Source of the DNA: an uncultured Bacillota bacterium
GTDB taxonomy: Bacteria > Bacillota_I > Bacilli_A > Erysipelotrichales > Erysipelotrichaceae
NCBI GenBank assembly: GCA_946537295.1
Contig: CAMNFQ010000001.1
Span: 8,430-72,429, forward strand
DNA length: 64,000 nt
Direction of reading: 5' to 3'
Both the position numbers and the translations under genes were made by a program. A model generated the notes under the pieces. That model had not been told where the DNA came from. It ran no database searches and was given only the letters and a program-made list of their open reading frames with translations. This document shows positions 1-9,465 of the stretch, one piece after another (the stretch's first letter is position 1; every line of letters starts with the position of its first letter).

Positions 1-218
1 AAAGGATCAGAGAATACCTGAATATACCATTTGAAGATACCTATTGTTTTGGTGATGGTATCAATGATCTGGAGATGTTACAGAGTGTTGCTCATCCGGT
101 AGTTGTCGCAAATTGTGTTGATGAACTTAAGAAATATGGCTTTGAAGAAACTGATGATGTACTGGATGATGGTTTTTACAATTATTTGCTTGCACACAAG
201 TTGATTAAAGCTATTTAA
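1..218 (+). CDS. Cof-type HAD-IIB hydrolase, C-terminal fragment (5' end outside the window)
   Basis: Frame 3 is open from the window edge to TAA 216-218. Translation contains GDGINDLEML...HPVVVAN, the HAD motif-IV region of Cof/YidA-type phosphatases. Confidence 0.7.
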   Translation, partial: RIREYLNIPFEDTYCFGDGINDLEMLQSVAHPVVVANCVDELKKYGFEETDDVLDDGFYNYLLAHKLIKAI

Positions 219-254
219 CTTTGCTAAAATATTAGGGAGTGAAGGAGAATAAAT

Positions 255-653
255 ATGGGATTAGGTGAAAAAATTAAAGGTTTTATTGCCCCAGAAGAAG
301 ATGAAGAACAGTTAGAATTAACTGAAGAAGAAGCTGAAGCTGTTTCTCCTTATGAAAAGAGTAATCTGCAGGGTTCTTCAACGATCACTGCTAATACAAA
401 TATCGTACTGTTCGAGCCAAGAAATTTTGATGAGGCTGAAGAAATTGGTCATCACATCAAAAATAAGAGAGCCTGCTGTGTGAATCTGCACAGAATGCCT
501 TCTGAATACCGTCAGAGGATCATTGATTTCCTTTCTGGTGTTGTATATGGTGTTGATGGTTCGATCAAAAAAGTTGGTGAAAACGTTATTCTGTGTTCAC
601 CAAAGAATCTGCAGGTTGGTGGCGATATCAATCTGAATTCAGACGAAGACTAA
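255..653 (+). CDS. sepF: cell division protein SepF
   Basis: 132 aa with an acidic N-terminus and the conserved SepF core (VLFEPRNFDEAEEI..VNLHRMP..RIIDFLSGVVYGVDGSI). GAAGGAG SD upstream. Located just upstream of ileS, as in many Bacillota. Confidence 0.85.
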   Translation: MGLGEKIKGFIAPEEDEEQLELTEEEAEAVSPYEKSNLQGSSTITANTNIVLFEPRNFDEAEEIGHHIKNKRACCVNLHRMPSEYRQRIIDFLSGVVYGVDGSIKKVGENVILCSPKNLQVGGDINLNSDED

Positions 654-689
654 GCTAAGATTAAGACATGTCTGTACAGAATAAATAAT

Positions 690-846
690 AGAGAGCTGAT
701 GGCTGGTGGAAATCAGTATGGAAGCTGTACAGGAATCACTTAGGAGCTCCGATGTAATGATCGGCGTTACTCGCGTTAAGAGATCAAGTAAGAAATGAAG
801 GTGGTACCTCGCTTTATAGCGACCTTTGGTAGCACCTTTTTATATT
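690..846 (+). promoter_or_regulatory. T-box leader, Ile specifier (ATC 735-737), controlling ileS
   Basis: AGAGAG and GGTGGAAA stem-I elements. Specifier context GGA-ATC-ACTT. T-box core AATGAAGGTGGTACCTCGC at 794-812. Terminator arms AAGGTGGTACC (798-808) and GGTAGCACCTT (828-838) followed by a T run. Confidence 0.8.
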
Positions 847-868
847 AATGTTCACAAGGAGATTTGAA

Positions 869-3598
869 ATGGAATACAAAGACACACTGCACATGCCAAA
901 GACAGATTTTGAGATGAGAGGTAATCTTCCTAAGAAGGAACCTGATATCCTCAAAAGATGGGAAGATGATGATCATTATCATAAGATCTTAGACAAGAAT
1001 AAGGATCATAAGCCTTTTGTTTTACATGATGGTCCACCATATGCCAATGGTAACCTTCATGCTGGAACAGCAATGAACCGTATCATCAAGGATATCATCG
1101 TGAGATCTAAGGCGATGGCAGGCTATTATACGCCGTTTTTCCCAGGATGGGATACTCATGGCCTTCCAATCGAAAACGCTATCCAGAAGCTTGGAGTTAA
1201 CCGTAAAGAGGTTTCTGCAAGAGAGTTCAGAGAAAAGTGTGAAGAATATGCTCATCAGCAGATCGCTCAGCAGATGGCTACTGAAAAGCGTCTTGGTGAA
1301 GTAGCAGACTATGATCATCCATACATCACTTTAAAGAAGGAATTTGAAGGAAGACAGATCAGATCATTTGCCAAGATGGCTCTTGATGGTATGATCTTCC
1401 AGGGCTTAAAGCCTATCTATTGGTCTCCTTATCAGGAAACAGCAATCGCTGATTCTGAGATCGTCTATTTCGATCGTAAGGATCCAACAATCTTTGTTAT
1501 GTTTGATCTCAAGGATGGCAAGGGTATTCTGGAAGGCGACGAGAAGTTTGTCATCTGGACAACTACTCCTTGGACTCTTCCAGCAAATGTTGCGATCACC
1601 TTACATCCTGATCTTACTTATGCTGTAGTTGAAACAGAAAAAGGTAAGCTGATCATGTTAGAGAATCTGGTTGATTCTCTGATGGAGAAGTTTGCCTTGA
1701 ATGAACATAAGATCATCAAGACCTTCAAAGGAAGAGAACTTGAAGGTATCGTATGTAAGCATGTTTTATATCCGGAAGAAAGAGAATCTGTGATCTGTCT
1801 GGCTGATTATGTAACTGATGAAGATGGTACAGGTTGTGTCCATACTGCCGGTGGTCATGGTCTTGATGACTTCTACACTACACAGCGTTATGGCTTACCA
1901 ACAGTATGCCCGGTTGATGAAAAAGGTTGTATGACGGAAGAGGCCGGAGATTGGTTAAAGGGTCAGTTTGTCTTTGATGCCAATAAGACAATAACAGAAA
2001 GACTTGATGAGAATGGTCATCTGCTCAAACTTGAATGGGTAACTCACTCTTATCCACATGATGATCGACTCAAAAAACCAGTAATCTTCAGAGCAACGAC
2101 CCAATGGTTTGCATCAATCGAAAAGATCAAACCACAACTGCTTGAAGCTATCAAGAATGTTAAATGGATCAATTCCTTTGGTGAACTGAGACTTACCAAT
2201 ATGGTCAAGGATCGTAAGGACTGGTGTATCTCCAGACAGAGATTATGGGGTGTACCAATTCCTATCATCTATAACGAAGATAAATCACCGATCATTGATG
2301 CTGAAGTATTTGAACATATAGCTAAGCTCTTTGATGAACATGGATCCAATATCTGGTTTGAATCAGAAGCTAAGGATCTTTTACCGGAAGGTTACAGTAA
2401 TCCTGCTTCACCTAACGGTAATTTCACAAAAGAAACTGATATCATGGATGTCTGGTTTGATTCAGGTTCTTCCTGGAATGAACTGATTGCCAGAGGCTAT
2501 TCATATCCATGTGATCTGTATTTTGAAGGATCAGATCAGTATCGTGGCTGGTTCAACTCTTCTTTGATCGTTTCAGTTGCCAATAATGGTGTTGCACCAT
2601 ATAAGGCAGTACTATCACATGGCTATGTCTGTGATTCTAAAGGCGAAGCCATGCATAAATCTGTTGGTAATGTCGTAAATCCTTTGGATATCATCAAACA
2701 GTATGGTGCCGATATCTTGAGATTATGGGCTGCTTCTGAAGACTTCAAGGCTGATATGAGGATCGGTGATTCCAATCTGAAACAGGTATCCGACCAGTAT
2801 CGTAAGATCAGAAATACTTTCCGTTTCATGTTAGGAAATCTGAATAAGGAAGATTTCAATAAGGACATGCTGGTGAAGTATGAAGATCTGGAAGCTGTCG
2901 ATAAATACATGATGATCGCTTTGAATGATATGGCCAAGAAAGTAATTGATGCCTATGACAATTATGATTATGTTATGGCTACTTCTGCTATGACCAACTT
3001 CATGACCAATGAGCTTTCAAGCTACTATTGTGATTTTGCCAAGGATATCCTGTATTGTGATAAACTGGATTCTCCTAGAAGAAGAAAGATTCAGACAGTT
3101 CTTTACCACGCTGTTGATTATCTGGTAAGACTCTGGTCACCAGTATTGGCTTTTACTGCTGATGAAGTATGGAGTTTCTTTAAAAATGAGGAAGCTGCTT
3201 CTGTACACTATGTTCACTTCCCTGAACTTCAGCAATTCTCTGATGAAGATCTCATAAGAAATAACTTCGCAAGACTTCATGAGATCAGATCAGATATCTT
3301 CAAGGCCAGAGAAGAAGCCATCAATGCCAAGATCATTGAAAAACCAATGCAGGCTCACGCTATCTTACATGTAAGTGACGAAGATAGAAAACTGCTTGAA
3401 GATGCCTTTGGCAACAAGATCAATCAGTGGCTGATCATCGCTAAAGTTTCATTCAGCGATGAGACACTTGATAAATACGACAATATTGAAGTTAAGATCG
3501 AAATGGCTAAAGGTCATGTCTGCCCTAGATGCTGGAACATCGTTGAAGAAGAAAACGAAGACGGCTTATGTGACAGATGTGCTGAAGCATTGAAATAA
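869..3598 (+). CDS. ileS: isoleucine--tRNA ligase
   Basis: Class I signatures HDGPPYANGNLHAG (HIGH) and KSVGNV (KMSKS-like), plus C-terminal CPRC..CDRC zinc fingers. Start placed at ATG 869 (MEYKDTLHMPKTDF) behind AAGGAG. The longest ORF begins at in-frame ATG 848. Confidence 0.97.
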   Translation: MEYKDTLHMPKTDFEMRGNLPKKEPDILKRWEDDDHYHKILDKNKDHKPFVLHDGPPYANGNLHAGTAMNRIIKDIIVRSKAMAGYYTPFFPGWDTHGLPIENAIQKLGVNRKEVSAREFREKCEEYAHQQIAQQMATEKRLGEVADYDHPYITLKKEFEGRQIRSFAKMALDGMIFQGLKPIYWSPYQETAIADSEIVYFDRKDPTIFVMFDLKDGKGILEGDEKFVIWTTTPWTLPANVAITLHPDLTYAVVETEKGKLIMLENLVDSLMEKFALNEHKIIKTFKGRELEGIVCKHVLYPEERESVICLADYVTDEDGTGCVHTAGGHGLDDFYTTQRYGLPTVCPVDEKGCMTEEAGDWLKGQFVFDANKTITERLDENGHLLKLEWVTHSYPHDDRLKKPVIFRATTQWFASIEKIKPQLLEAIKNVKWINSFGELRLTNMVKDRKDWCISRQRLWGVPIPIIYNEDKSPIIDAEVFEHIAKLFDEHGSNIWFESEAKDLLPEGYSNPASPNGNFTKETDIMDVWFDSGSSWNELIARGYSYPCDLYFEGSDQYRGWFNSSLIVSVANNGVAPYKAVLSHGYVCDSKGEAMHKSVGNVVNPLDIIKQYGADILRLWAASEDFKADMRIGDSNLKQVSDQYRKIRNTFRFMLGNLNKEDFNKDMLVKYEDLEAVDKYMMIALNDMAKKVIDAYDNYDYVMATSAMTNFMTNELSSYYCDFAKDILYCDKLDSPRRRKIQTVLYHAVDYLVRLWSPVLAFTADEVWSFFKNEEAASVHYVHFPELQQFSDEDLIRNNFARLHEIRSDIFKAREEAINAKIIEKPMQAHAILHVSDEDRKLLEDAFGNKINQWLIIAKVSFSDETLDKYDNIEVKIEMAKGHVCPRCWNIVEEENEDGLCDRCAEALK

Positions 3599-3605
3599 GA
3601 TTTCC

Positions 3606-3625
3606 AAGACCCTTCGGGGTCTTTT
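3606..3625 (+). terminator. intrinsic terminator after ileS
   Basis: AAGACCC-TTCG-GGGTCTT hairpin followed by Ts. Confidence 0.8.
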
Positions 3626-3636
3626 ATAATAGAAGT

Positions 3637-4824
3637 ATGATAAAAGTTACTTTAAAAAGAAATGAAGGAAGAACTGTAAGCTCCGGAGGCTTATGGATCT
3701 TTGATAATGAAATAGATAAGATATCCGGTGATTATCGTAATGGCGATATCGTTGAAGTTGTTTCATATAAAGATGATTTTATCGGTTATGGCTATATCAA
3801 TGACAATTCCAAGATCATGATCAGATTGTTATCCCGAAACAGAAAAGATGTGATCGATGATGCTTTCTTTAAAAGAAGATTTATTGATGCCTGGAATTAT
3901 CGTAAGGATGTAGTTGAAACGGATTGCTGTCGTATCGTTTTTTCTGATTCCGACAGATTGCCTGGACTGGTGGTTGATAAATTCAATGATATCCTTGTCT
4001 TTGAGTTTGATTCATTAGGTATGGATGTCAGAAAAAAGATGCTGGTAGATACCTTATTGGAAGTATTGAAAGAAGATGGTGTTTTGATCAAAGGAGTCTA
4101 TGAGAGAAGTGATGCCAAGGTCAGGACATTAGAAGGTTTAGAAAGAATCAAAGGTTTTTTAAGTGAACCTTTTGATACCGATATTGAAATAATGGAAAAT
4201 GGCGTAAAACTGAAAGTTGATGTCGCCCAAGGTCAAAAGACCGGATATTTCCTGGATCAGAAATATAATCATCTTGCTATCAGACATTTATGCAAGGATA
4301 AGATCGTACTTGACTGTTGTACGCACACGGGTGGTTTTGCCTTATCTGCCGCCAAAGTTGCCAGAAAAGTTATCGGTATTGATGCTTCTGATCTGGCGAT
4401 AAAACAGGCAAGGGAAAACAGCGATCTAAATGGTTTTAATAATACGGAATTTGTTGTGGCTGATGTCTTTGATTATCTGATTGAGAAGCAACAGAACAAT
4501 GAAAGATTCGATGTGATAATACTGGATCCGCCAGCTTTCACCAAATCAAAGAATTCGGTAAAGAATGCATCTAAAGGTTATAAGGATATCAACTATCGGG
4601 CAATGAAGCTCTTGTCTCCAGGAGGCTTTCTTGTGACCTGTTCCTGCAGTGAGTATATGCCAAGGGATCTGTTTATGAAGATCGTCTTATCCGCTGCCAA
4701 TGATGCACATAAACGTCTCAGATTAGTAGAAAGCAGAGCCCAGGCTCCTGATCATCCGATCATCTTGGGTAACAATGTATCCGACTATCTGAAATGTGTA
4801 ATATTCCAGGTAAATGACCGTTAA
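3637..4824 (+). CDS. class I SAM-dependent rRNA methyltransferase (RlmI/RlmK-like, PUA domain)
   Basis: 395 aa with an N-terminal PUA-like region, GGF..A SAM-binding motif and ILDPPAF motif IV. TATAAT 3625-3630 lies 6 nt before the ATG and there is no SD. Confidence 0.8.
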   Translation: MIKVTLKRNEGRTVSSGGLWIFDNEIDKISGDYRNGDIVEVVSYKDDFIGYGYINDNSKIMIRLLSRNRKDVIDDAFFKRRFIDAWNYRKDVVETDCCRIVFSDSDRLPGLVVDKFNDILVFEFDSLGMDVRKKMLVDTLLEVLKEDGVLIKGVYERSDAKVRTLEGLERIKGFLSEPFDTDIEIMENGVKLKVDVAQGQKTGYFLDQKYNHLAIRHLCKDKIVLDCCTHTGGFALSAAKVARKVIGIDASDLAIKQARENSDLNGFNNTEFVVADVFDYLIEKQQNNERFDVIILDPPAFTKSKNSVKNASKGYKDINYRAMKLLSPGGFLVTCSCSEYMPRDLFMKIVLSAANDAHKRLRLVESRAQAPDHPIILGNNVSDYLKCVIFQVNDR

Positions 4825-4848
4825 AAAAAGAGATGCAAATCTCTTTTT
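4823..4848. terminator. bidirectional terminator between convergent genes
   Basis: AAAAAAAGAGAT-GCAA-ATCTCTTTTT. A-run and T-run flanks allow it to function on both strands. Confidence 0.7.
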
Positions 4849-5098
4849 AGTCTACAAGTCTTACTTCCTTGATTCCTTCAACTTCATCAAGGAGCAATGC
4901 TTCTACTCCTTCTTTGAGAGTATAATCCAAGGCCATACATCCTACGCAGGCACCATGTACACTGACATAGACGATATCATCTTCCAGTTTGACGAATTTG
5001 ACATCACCACCGTCGTTTTGAATATATGGTCTGACTTTTTCGATCGTTTTTTCGATCAGTTTAATCTTTTCTTCATTTTCCATTTTCATTATCTCCAT
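4847..5098 (-). CDS. NifU-like (Nfu C-terminal domain) Fe-S cluster protein
   Basis: VRPYIQNDGGDV..VHGACVGC motif (CxxC). The SD GGAGAT favours the internal ATG at 5083 (MENEEK) over 5098. Confidence 0.8.
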   Translation of the reverse strand: MEIMKMENEEKIKLIEKTIEKVRPYIQNDGGDVKFVKLEDDIVYVSVHGACVGCMALDYTLKEGVEALLLDEVEGIKEVRLVD

Positions 5099-5541
5099 AT
5101 AAAATATAGCACCAGACTTACTACAATTCCCACTAAAATGCCCGCAACCAGTTCAAGTTTGGTATGGCCAAGAACTTCCTTGAATTTCTCATCATAGATC
5201 GGATCTTCCATTTCAATGATGTATTTAAGATCTTCAATAAGCTGCTGAACCAGTGAAATATTACGTCCGGAATAATACCTGACATTGGTAGCATCAAACA
5301 TTACGATTACCATGATGACAAAAGAAACCGCAAAGATTGAAGAATCAAAGCCTTCCTTTAAGCCAATAGAAAGACAAAGTGCAACAACAGCTGCTGAGTG
5401 CGAACTTGGATATCCGCCAGAGGCGATCAGATAGGAAAATCTGAATTCACCGGTCTTGATCAGCATGATAAAAGGCTTAGCTCCCTGAGCTATGATTATG
5501 GCTACGATACATGCTACCAAAGGGTAATAGTTTCTTAACAT
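5089..5541 (-). CDS. divergent PAP2 family membrane protein (DUF212)
   Basis: 150 aa, multi-TM, with motifs GGYPSSHSA and FDATNVRY..G typical of the DUF212 acid-phosphatase-related family. Confidence 0.8.
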   Translation of the reverse strand: MLRNYYPLVACIVAIIIAQGAKPFIMLIKTGEFRFSYLIASGGYPSSHSAAVVALCLSIGLKEGFDSSIFAVSFVIMVIVMFDATNVRYYSGRNISLVQQLIEDLKYIIEMEDPIYDEKFKEVLGHTKLELVAGILVGIVVSLVLYFIWR

Positions 5542-5548
5542 CCGTTAT

Positions 5549-5566
5549 ATTATAACATGTTATAAT
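5549..5566. promoter_or_regulatory. 18-bp perfect palindrome carrying two divergent extended -10 boxes
   Basis: ATTATAACATGTTATAAT reads TGTTATAAT on both strands. The boxes sit 7 nt before ATG 5541 (-) and 8 nt before ATG 5575 (+). Confidence 0.55.
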
Positions 5567-5574
5567 GAGATGGA

Positions 5575-5940
5575 ATGAGCTCAATAGATGATTATAAAGT
5601 TGGCATGACGGTATATGGAAAGATAAGTGGTATCAAACCTTATGGGGCTTTCGTCAAATTCGAAGATGACGTATCAGGTCTTATTCATATATCGGAAATA
5701 TCTAATGGATTTGTCAGAAATATCGATCATTTTGTCCAGCTTGATGAATATGTCATGGTCAAGGTCATCGATATCGACAGACAACATAAACAGCTCAGAC
5801 TCTCTTTTAAAGCACTGTCTCAGAACACCAGAAGATACAGCAAGAGAGTTAAATTTCTGGGAATGCCACCTACAGAAAAAGGTTTTGGAACCATAAAAGA
5901 TAAGATGCCTGAATGGGTAAAAGGAGTTTACAATGATTAG
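5575..5940 (+). CDS. S1 RNA-binding domain protein (GSP13/CvfD-like)
   Basis: VGMTVYGKISGIKPYGAFVKFEDDVSGLIHISEIS is a canonical S1 OB fold. 121 aa. Confidence 0.85.
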   Translation: MSSIDDYKVGMTVYGKISGIKPYGAFVKFEDDVSGLIHISEISNGFVRNIDHFVQLDEYVMVKVIDIDRQHKQLRLSFKALSQNTRRYSKRVKFLGMPPTEKGFGTIKDKMPEWVKGVYND

Positions 5941-7207
5941 TCTGGATTTAAGTAATGCGAAACTGAAAGAAGATCTTTCCTTATGGCAGGAAAAAGTATC
6001 TAAGGCACATAAGGATCTTCATGATAAAACAGGCAAAGGCAACGATTTTGTCGGTTGGGTAAAGTGGCCATTAGAGTACGATAAGGAAGAATTTGCCAGA
6101 ATTCTTGATGTCAGAAAAAGAATGGCAGGCAAATACGATACTGTATTAGTCTGTGGTATCGGTGGTTCATATCTTGGCGCTCGTGCTGCCATTGAAATGA
6201 TCAGAGGTCTTTATCCTGATGATGGTATTGAAGTTATCTTTGTCGGTAATACTTTCTCATACAGCTACATCTCACAGGTTCTTAACCATATCAAAAACAA
6301 AGAGATAGTCCTCAATGTTATCTCTAAATCCGGTACAACAACTGAGACTTCTGTCTCTTTCAGAATCTTCAAACACTTCATGGAAGAAAAGTATGGCGAA
6401 GATGCTAAAAACAGGATCTATGCCACAACCGATAAAGCCAGAGGAACTTTAAAGGAACTGGCTGATAAGGAAGGATATGAAACATTTGTTATTCCTGATG
6501 ATATCGGTGGCAGATATTCGGTATTTACTGCAGTTGGTCTGTTACCTTTAGCATTAGCCAATGTTGATATCGAAGCACTGATGAAGGGTTCACTTGATGC
6601 CTATAATGACTTCAACACTGATGATCTGTCAAAGAATACTGCTTATCAATACGCTGTAGCAAGAAGAATCTTGGACAATCAGGGTTATACTGCTGAATAC
6701 TTTGTTACATATCATCTGCAGTTAACAATGATCGCTGAATGGTGGAAACAGCTGTTTGGTGAATCAGAAGGTAAAGAAGAAAAGGGTATCTTACCTACAA
6801 GTGCTTGTTTCACAACTGATCTGCATTCATTAGGTCAGTTTATCCAGGAAGGCAGAAAAACAGAATTTGAAACAATCCTGTATGTCGATGATATGGGTGG
6901 CGATATCGATTTCCCAGCTGATGATCAGGATCTTGATCATATGAACTATCTTGCCGGCAAGAAGCTTTCATGGGTATCAGAGATGGCTTTCGAAGGAACA
7001 TTAAGTGCTCACAGCGATGTTGGAAACAATCCTAATATCGTTATCCGTCTGAAAGACAACAGCGCCTATAGCTTTGGCTATATGATCTATTTCTTCTTTG
7101 CAGCCTGTGGTATGACTTGTTATCTGCTTGATATCAATCCATTCAATCAGCCAGGTGTAGAAGTATATAAGAAGAAGATGTTCAATCTTCTTGGTAAACC
7201 AGAATAA
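5933..7207 (+). CDS. pgi: glucose-6-phosphate isomerase
   Basis: Motifs VLVCGIGGSYLGARA, ISKSGTTTET, DIGGRYSV and GESEGK are typical of the Firmicute-type PGI. Overlaps the upstream gene by 8 nt. Confidence 0.95.
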   Translation: MISLDLSNAKLKEDLSLWQEKVSKAHKDLHDKTGKGNDFVGWVKWPLEYDKEEFARILDVRKRMAGKYDTVLVCGIGGSYLGARAAIEMIRGLYPDDGIEVIFVGNTFSYSYISQVLNHIKNKEIVLNVISKSGTTTETSVSFRIFKHFMEEKYGEDAKNRIYATTDKARGTLKELADKEGYETFVIPDDIGGRYSVFTAVGLLPLALANVDIEALMKGSLDAYNDFNTDDLSKNTAYQYAVARRILDNQGYTAEYFVTYHLQLTMIAEWWKQLFGESEGKEEKGILPTSACFTTDLHSLGQFIQEGRKTEFETILYVDDMGGDIDFPADDQDLDHMNYLAGKKLSWVSEMAFEGTLSAHSDVGNNPNIVIRLKDNSAYSFGYMIYFFFAACGMTCYLLDINPFNQPGVEVYKKKMFNLLGKPE

Positions 7208-7213
7208 GAAAAC

Positions 7214-7243
7214 AACCTTAGTCGAATGATGGCTAAGGTTTTT
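7214..7243 (+). terminator. intrinsic terminator after pgi
   Basis: AACCTTAG...CTAAGGTT stem followed by TTT. Confidence 0.7.
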
Positions 7244-7322
7244 AATATGCAAAGGAAATCTTTTATATCTGACAAAGTAGGAATCTTTTATTTCTGTTTG
7301 AATAATGAATAGGAGGTAAAAG

Positions 7323-8018
7323 ATGACAAAGAAGATCCTGTTCATATCCTTGCCTGTAGTGTTTTCTCTTTGCTGTCTGATCATTTCACTCAAGACATAT
7401 TTTACTTATCGTGAAGAACATATATCCGCCTATGTCGCATCTCATAATCTTGTTCAAAGAACGAAAATCGAAGAAAAGGATCTTCAGGAAGTAATGCTTC
7501 CCAAAGACTATGTAGGTGAAGATGTCTATCTTGATAAGGATGAGATCTTAGGAAAATTTGTAAAATTGTCATATAGTCTGGCAAAGGGTTCTCTGATCTA
7601 TAAAAGTGCACTTGAAGATAACATCAGAGATCTGGCTAGTACTCTTTTGAAAGAAAATGAAGCCAATTATGATCTGTATACATCTGAGATAAAGATCAAT
7701 ACCGGTAACCTTAGTCGTGATATGTATGTTGATCTGTATCTGACGATCGGCAATAATGATAGAGCTTATTCTGATCTGCTGATCAGGGATTGTCGTATTA
7801 CCGGCTTATATGATCATCAGGGTAAGGAGATCTTGTCTTACAGTAATGAAAGCAGAGTTTCGATCGTAACGATTGCAATCGAGAAAGAATATGTAAGTAT
7901 CCTGAATAAAGCTTTGATGATAGGCAATATCAACGTTGTGACATCATATCAGAGCTATGGTACAGATAAGAGATCGGAATTAAATTCCGAATGTGAGATC
8001 ATCACTTATCTGCAATAG
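7323..8018 (+). CDS. membrane-anchored SAF-domain protein (CpaB/RcpC-like), function unknown
   Basis: N-terminal TM helix, then a SAF-like segment (VASHNLVQRTKIEEKDLQEVMLPKDYV) and a beta-rich C-terminus. AGGAGG SD. Confidence 0.5.
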   Translation: MTKKILFISLPVVFSLCCLIISLKTYFTYREEHISAYVASHNLVQRTKIEEKDLQEVMLPKDYVGEDVYLDKDEILGKFVKLSYSLAKGSLIYKSALEDNIRDLASTLLKENEANYDLYTSEIKINTGNLSRDMYVDLYLTIGNNDRAYSDLLIRDCRITGLYDHQGKEILSYSNESRVSIVTIAIEKEYVSILNKALMIGNINVVTSYQSYGTDKRSELNSECEIITYLQ

Positions 8019-8030
8019 TGCTATCATTAA

Positions 8031-8486
8031 ATGGTGAAAAAATATCTGAAACCACTTTTGTTACTTTTATGGATGGGTGTCATATTCTATATGTCAGCCC
8101 AGCCATCGATCGAATCGCAAGAAACTTCAAACCTCGTTGCGAAGATTATTTTTGATTTTTTAAATATCTTCTCATCAGGAATGATGAGTGAAAGTGAGTT
8201 CATGCTTAAATATATCCAACCGATCAGAAAGCTGGCTCATTTCAGCGAATTTGCGATCTTGGGTGTACTTGCGTTATTAACATTCAGACAATATGACAAA
8301 AAAAGAGCTTTATCTATCGCAATTGTCTTTTGTCTGCTTTATGCGATAAGCGATGAGATTCATCAGCTTTTTGTTCCAAACAGATATTGTGACATCCATG
8401 ATGTAATGATCGATTTTTTGGGATCGTTTACAGGAATAATTCTTTGTCATCTTGTGCAAACAGGATGGAAAAAACATCACTCATAA
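8031..8486 (+). CDS. VanZ family membrane protein
   Basis: KLAHFSEFAILG...DEIHQLFVPNR..DIHDVMIDFLG is the VanZ signature. 4 TM helices. Confidence 0.8.
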   Translation: MVKKYLKPLLLLLWMGVIFYMSAQPSIESQETSNLVAKIIFDFLNIFSSGMMSESEFMLKYIQPIRKLAHFSEFAILGVLALLTFRQYDKKRALSIAIVFCLLYAISDEIHQLFVPNRYCDIHDVMIDFLGSFTGIILCHLVQTGWKKHHS

Positions 8487-8809
8487 TAACAATACTTTTT
8501 CTTTTATGTGGTTGCAGGAATTATCGCAGTTTTGCCTGTCAGAGTTTTAATGGTGATGATTCTTTAAGGATCGAATTTGAAACTGTCAATGATGATATCG
8601 TTTCAGTTCATGTATCGCAGTTAAAGGTTTTACCAAATGATCTTCTATATAATCAAAAATTCATGGAAGACTTTAACAGTCAGCTAAATGAAGAATACCA
8701 TCTGGAAGAAAACAAGCTGATCAGGGAATATGATCTTCCTGTCGAAGGTAAATACAGTATAACTTCTACGATCAGACAACTGGAAAGTGAGCGTTATCAC
8801 TGTGAATGA
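8465..8809 (+). CDS. putative lipoprotein
   Basis: Signal peptide with lipobox LLCGC, assuming ATG 8465 (the longest ORF starts at 8444). I recognise no family. Confidence 0.55.
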   Translation: MEKTSLIITILFLLCGCRNYRSFACQSFNGDDSLRIEFETVNDDIVSVHVSQLKVLPNDLLYNQKFMEDFNSQLNEEYHLEENKLIREYDLPVEGKYSITSTIRQLESERYHCE

Positions 8810-8810
8810 A

Positions 8811-9461
8811 ATGATGCCCAGGGAAAAGGCTTTACAGTATGGCATTTCAACTTTAGAGAATAATGAATTACTTTCTCTTATCATCAAATCCGGATATAAG
8901 GACAGCAGTGTTTTTGAACTGGCGGATGATATCTTGCAGCTGGCTAATGGTTTTGATAATCTTCTGTCTTTGACTTTTGAAGAACTCACATCCATCAAAG
9001 GTATAAAGACAGCCAAAGCTTTGGAACTGATGGCGATTCTGGAAATATCCAAAAGACTAAGCAGGATCGATCGGATCTCAGAAGCCAGATTATCCGAACC
9101 CAAAAAGGTCGTGGAATGGCTGCGTTTTAATCTTGGCTACAGTATTCAGGAAGAATTTCTGGTCGTCTATCTCAACGCCAGAAATAACATCATCAAATCA
9201 GAAGTGCTGTATAAGGGAAATCGCAATATGGCGATCATTGGAATAGATGAGATCTTGCGCAGGGCTATTATCCTTAAAGCTTCAGCGATTCTGGTTGCCC
9301 ATAATCATCCCAGTGATAATGTGGAACCTTCTCAAGCCGATATAGAACTTACCAGTAATCTCTATAGAGCTTCAATGCTGGTATCGATACCGCTGATTGA
9401 TCATATCATCATTGGTAAAAGTGGCTACTTTAGTTTTAAGAATCATAGTATGTTAAAATGA
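8811..9461 (+). CDS. radC: RadC-like JAB domain protein (UPF0758)
   Basis: HhH-like N-terminus and JAMM motif AHNHPSDNVEPSQAD. Start at ATG 8811, just after the upstream stop (the longest ORF starts at 8787). Confidence 0.85.
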   Translation: MMPREKALQYGISTLENNELLSLIIKSGYKDSSVFELADDILQLANGFDNLLSLTFEELTSIKGIKTAKALELMAILEISKRLSRIDRISEARLSEPKKVVEWLRFNLGYSIQEEFLVVYLNARNNIIKSEVLYKGNRNMAIIGIDEILRRAIILKASAILVAHNHPSDNVEPSQADIELTSNLYRASMLVSIPLIDHIIIGKSGYFSFKNHSMLK

Positions 9462-9465
9462 GAAC

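Noticed and set aside
848-868. Seven-codon in-frame N-terminal extension of ileS (MFTRRFE), considered as a possible leader peptide after the T-box
   Set aside because: It is in-frame and contiguous with ileS, so it is not a separate uORF. The AAGGAG SD lies inside it and serves ATG 869, which matches the conserved IleS N-terminus.
4814-5197. 127-aa plus-strand ORF overlapping the nfu and PAP2 genes
   Set aside because: It is antisense to two genes with clear family motifs, and it begins inside the terminator of the upstream gene.
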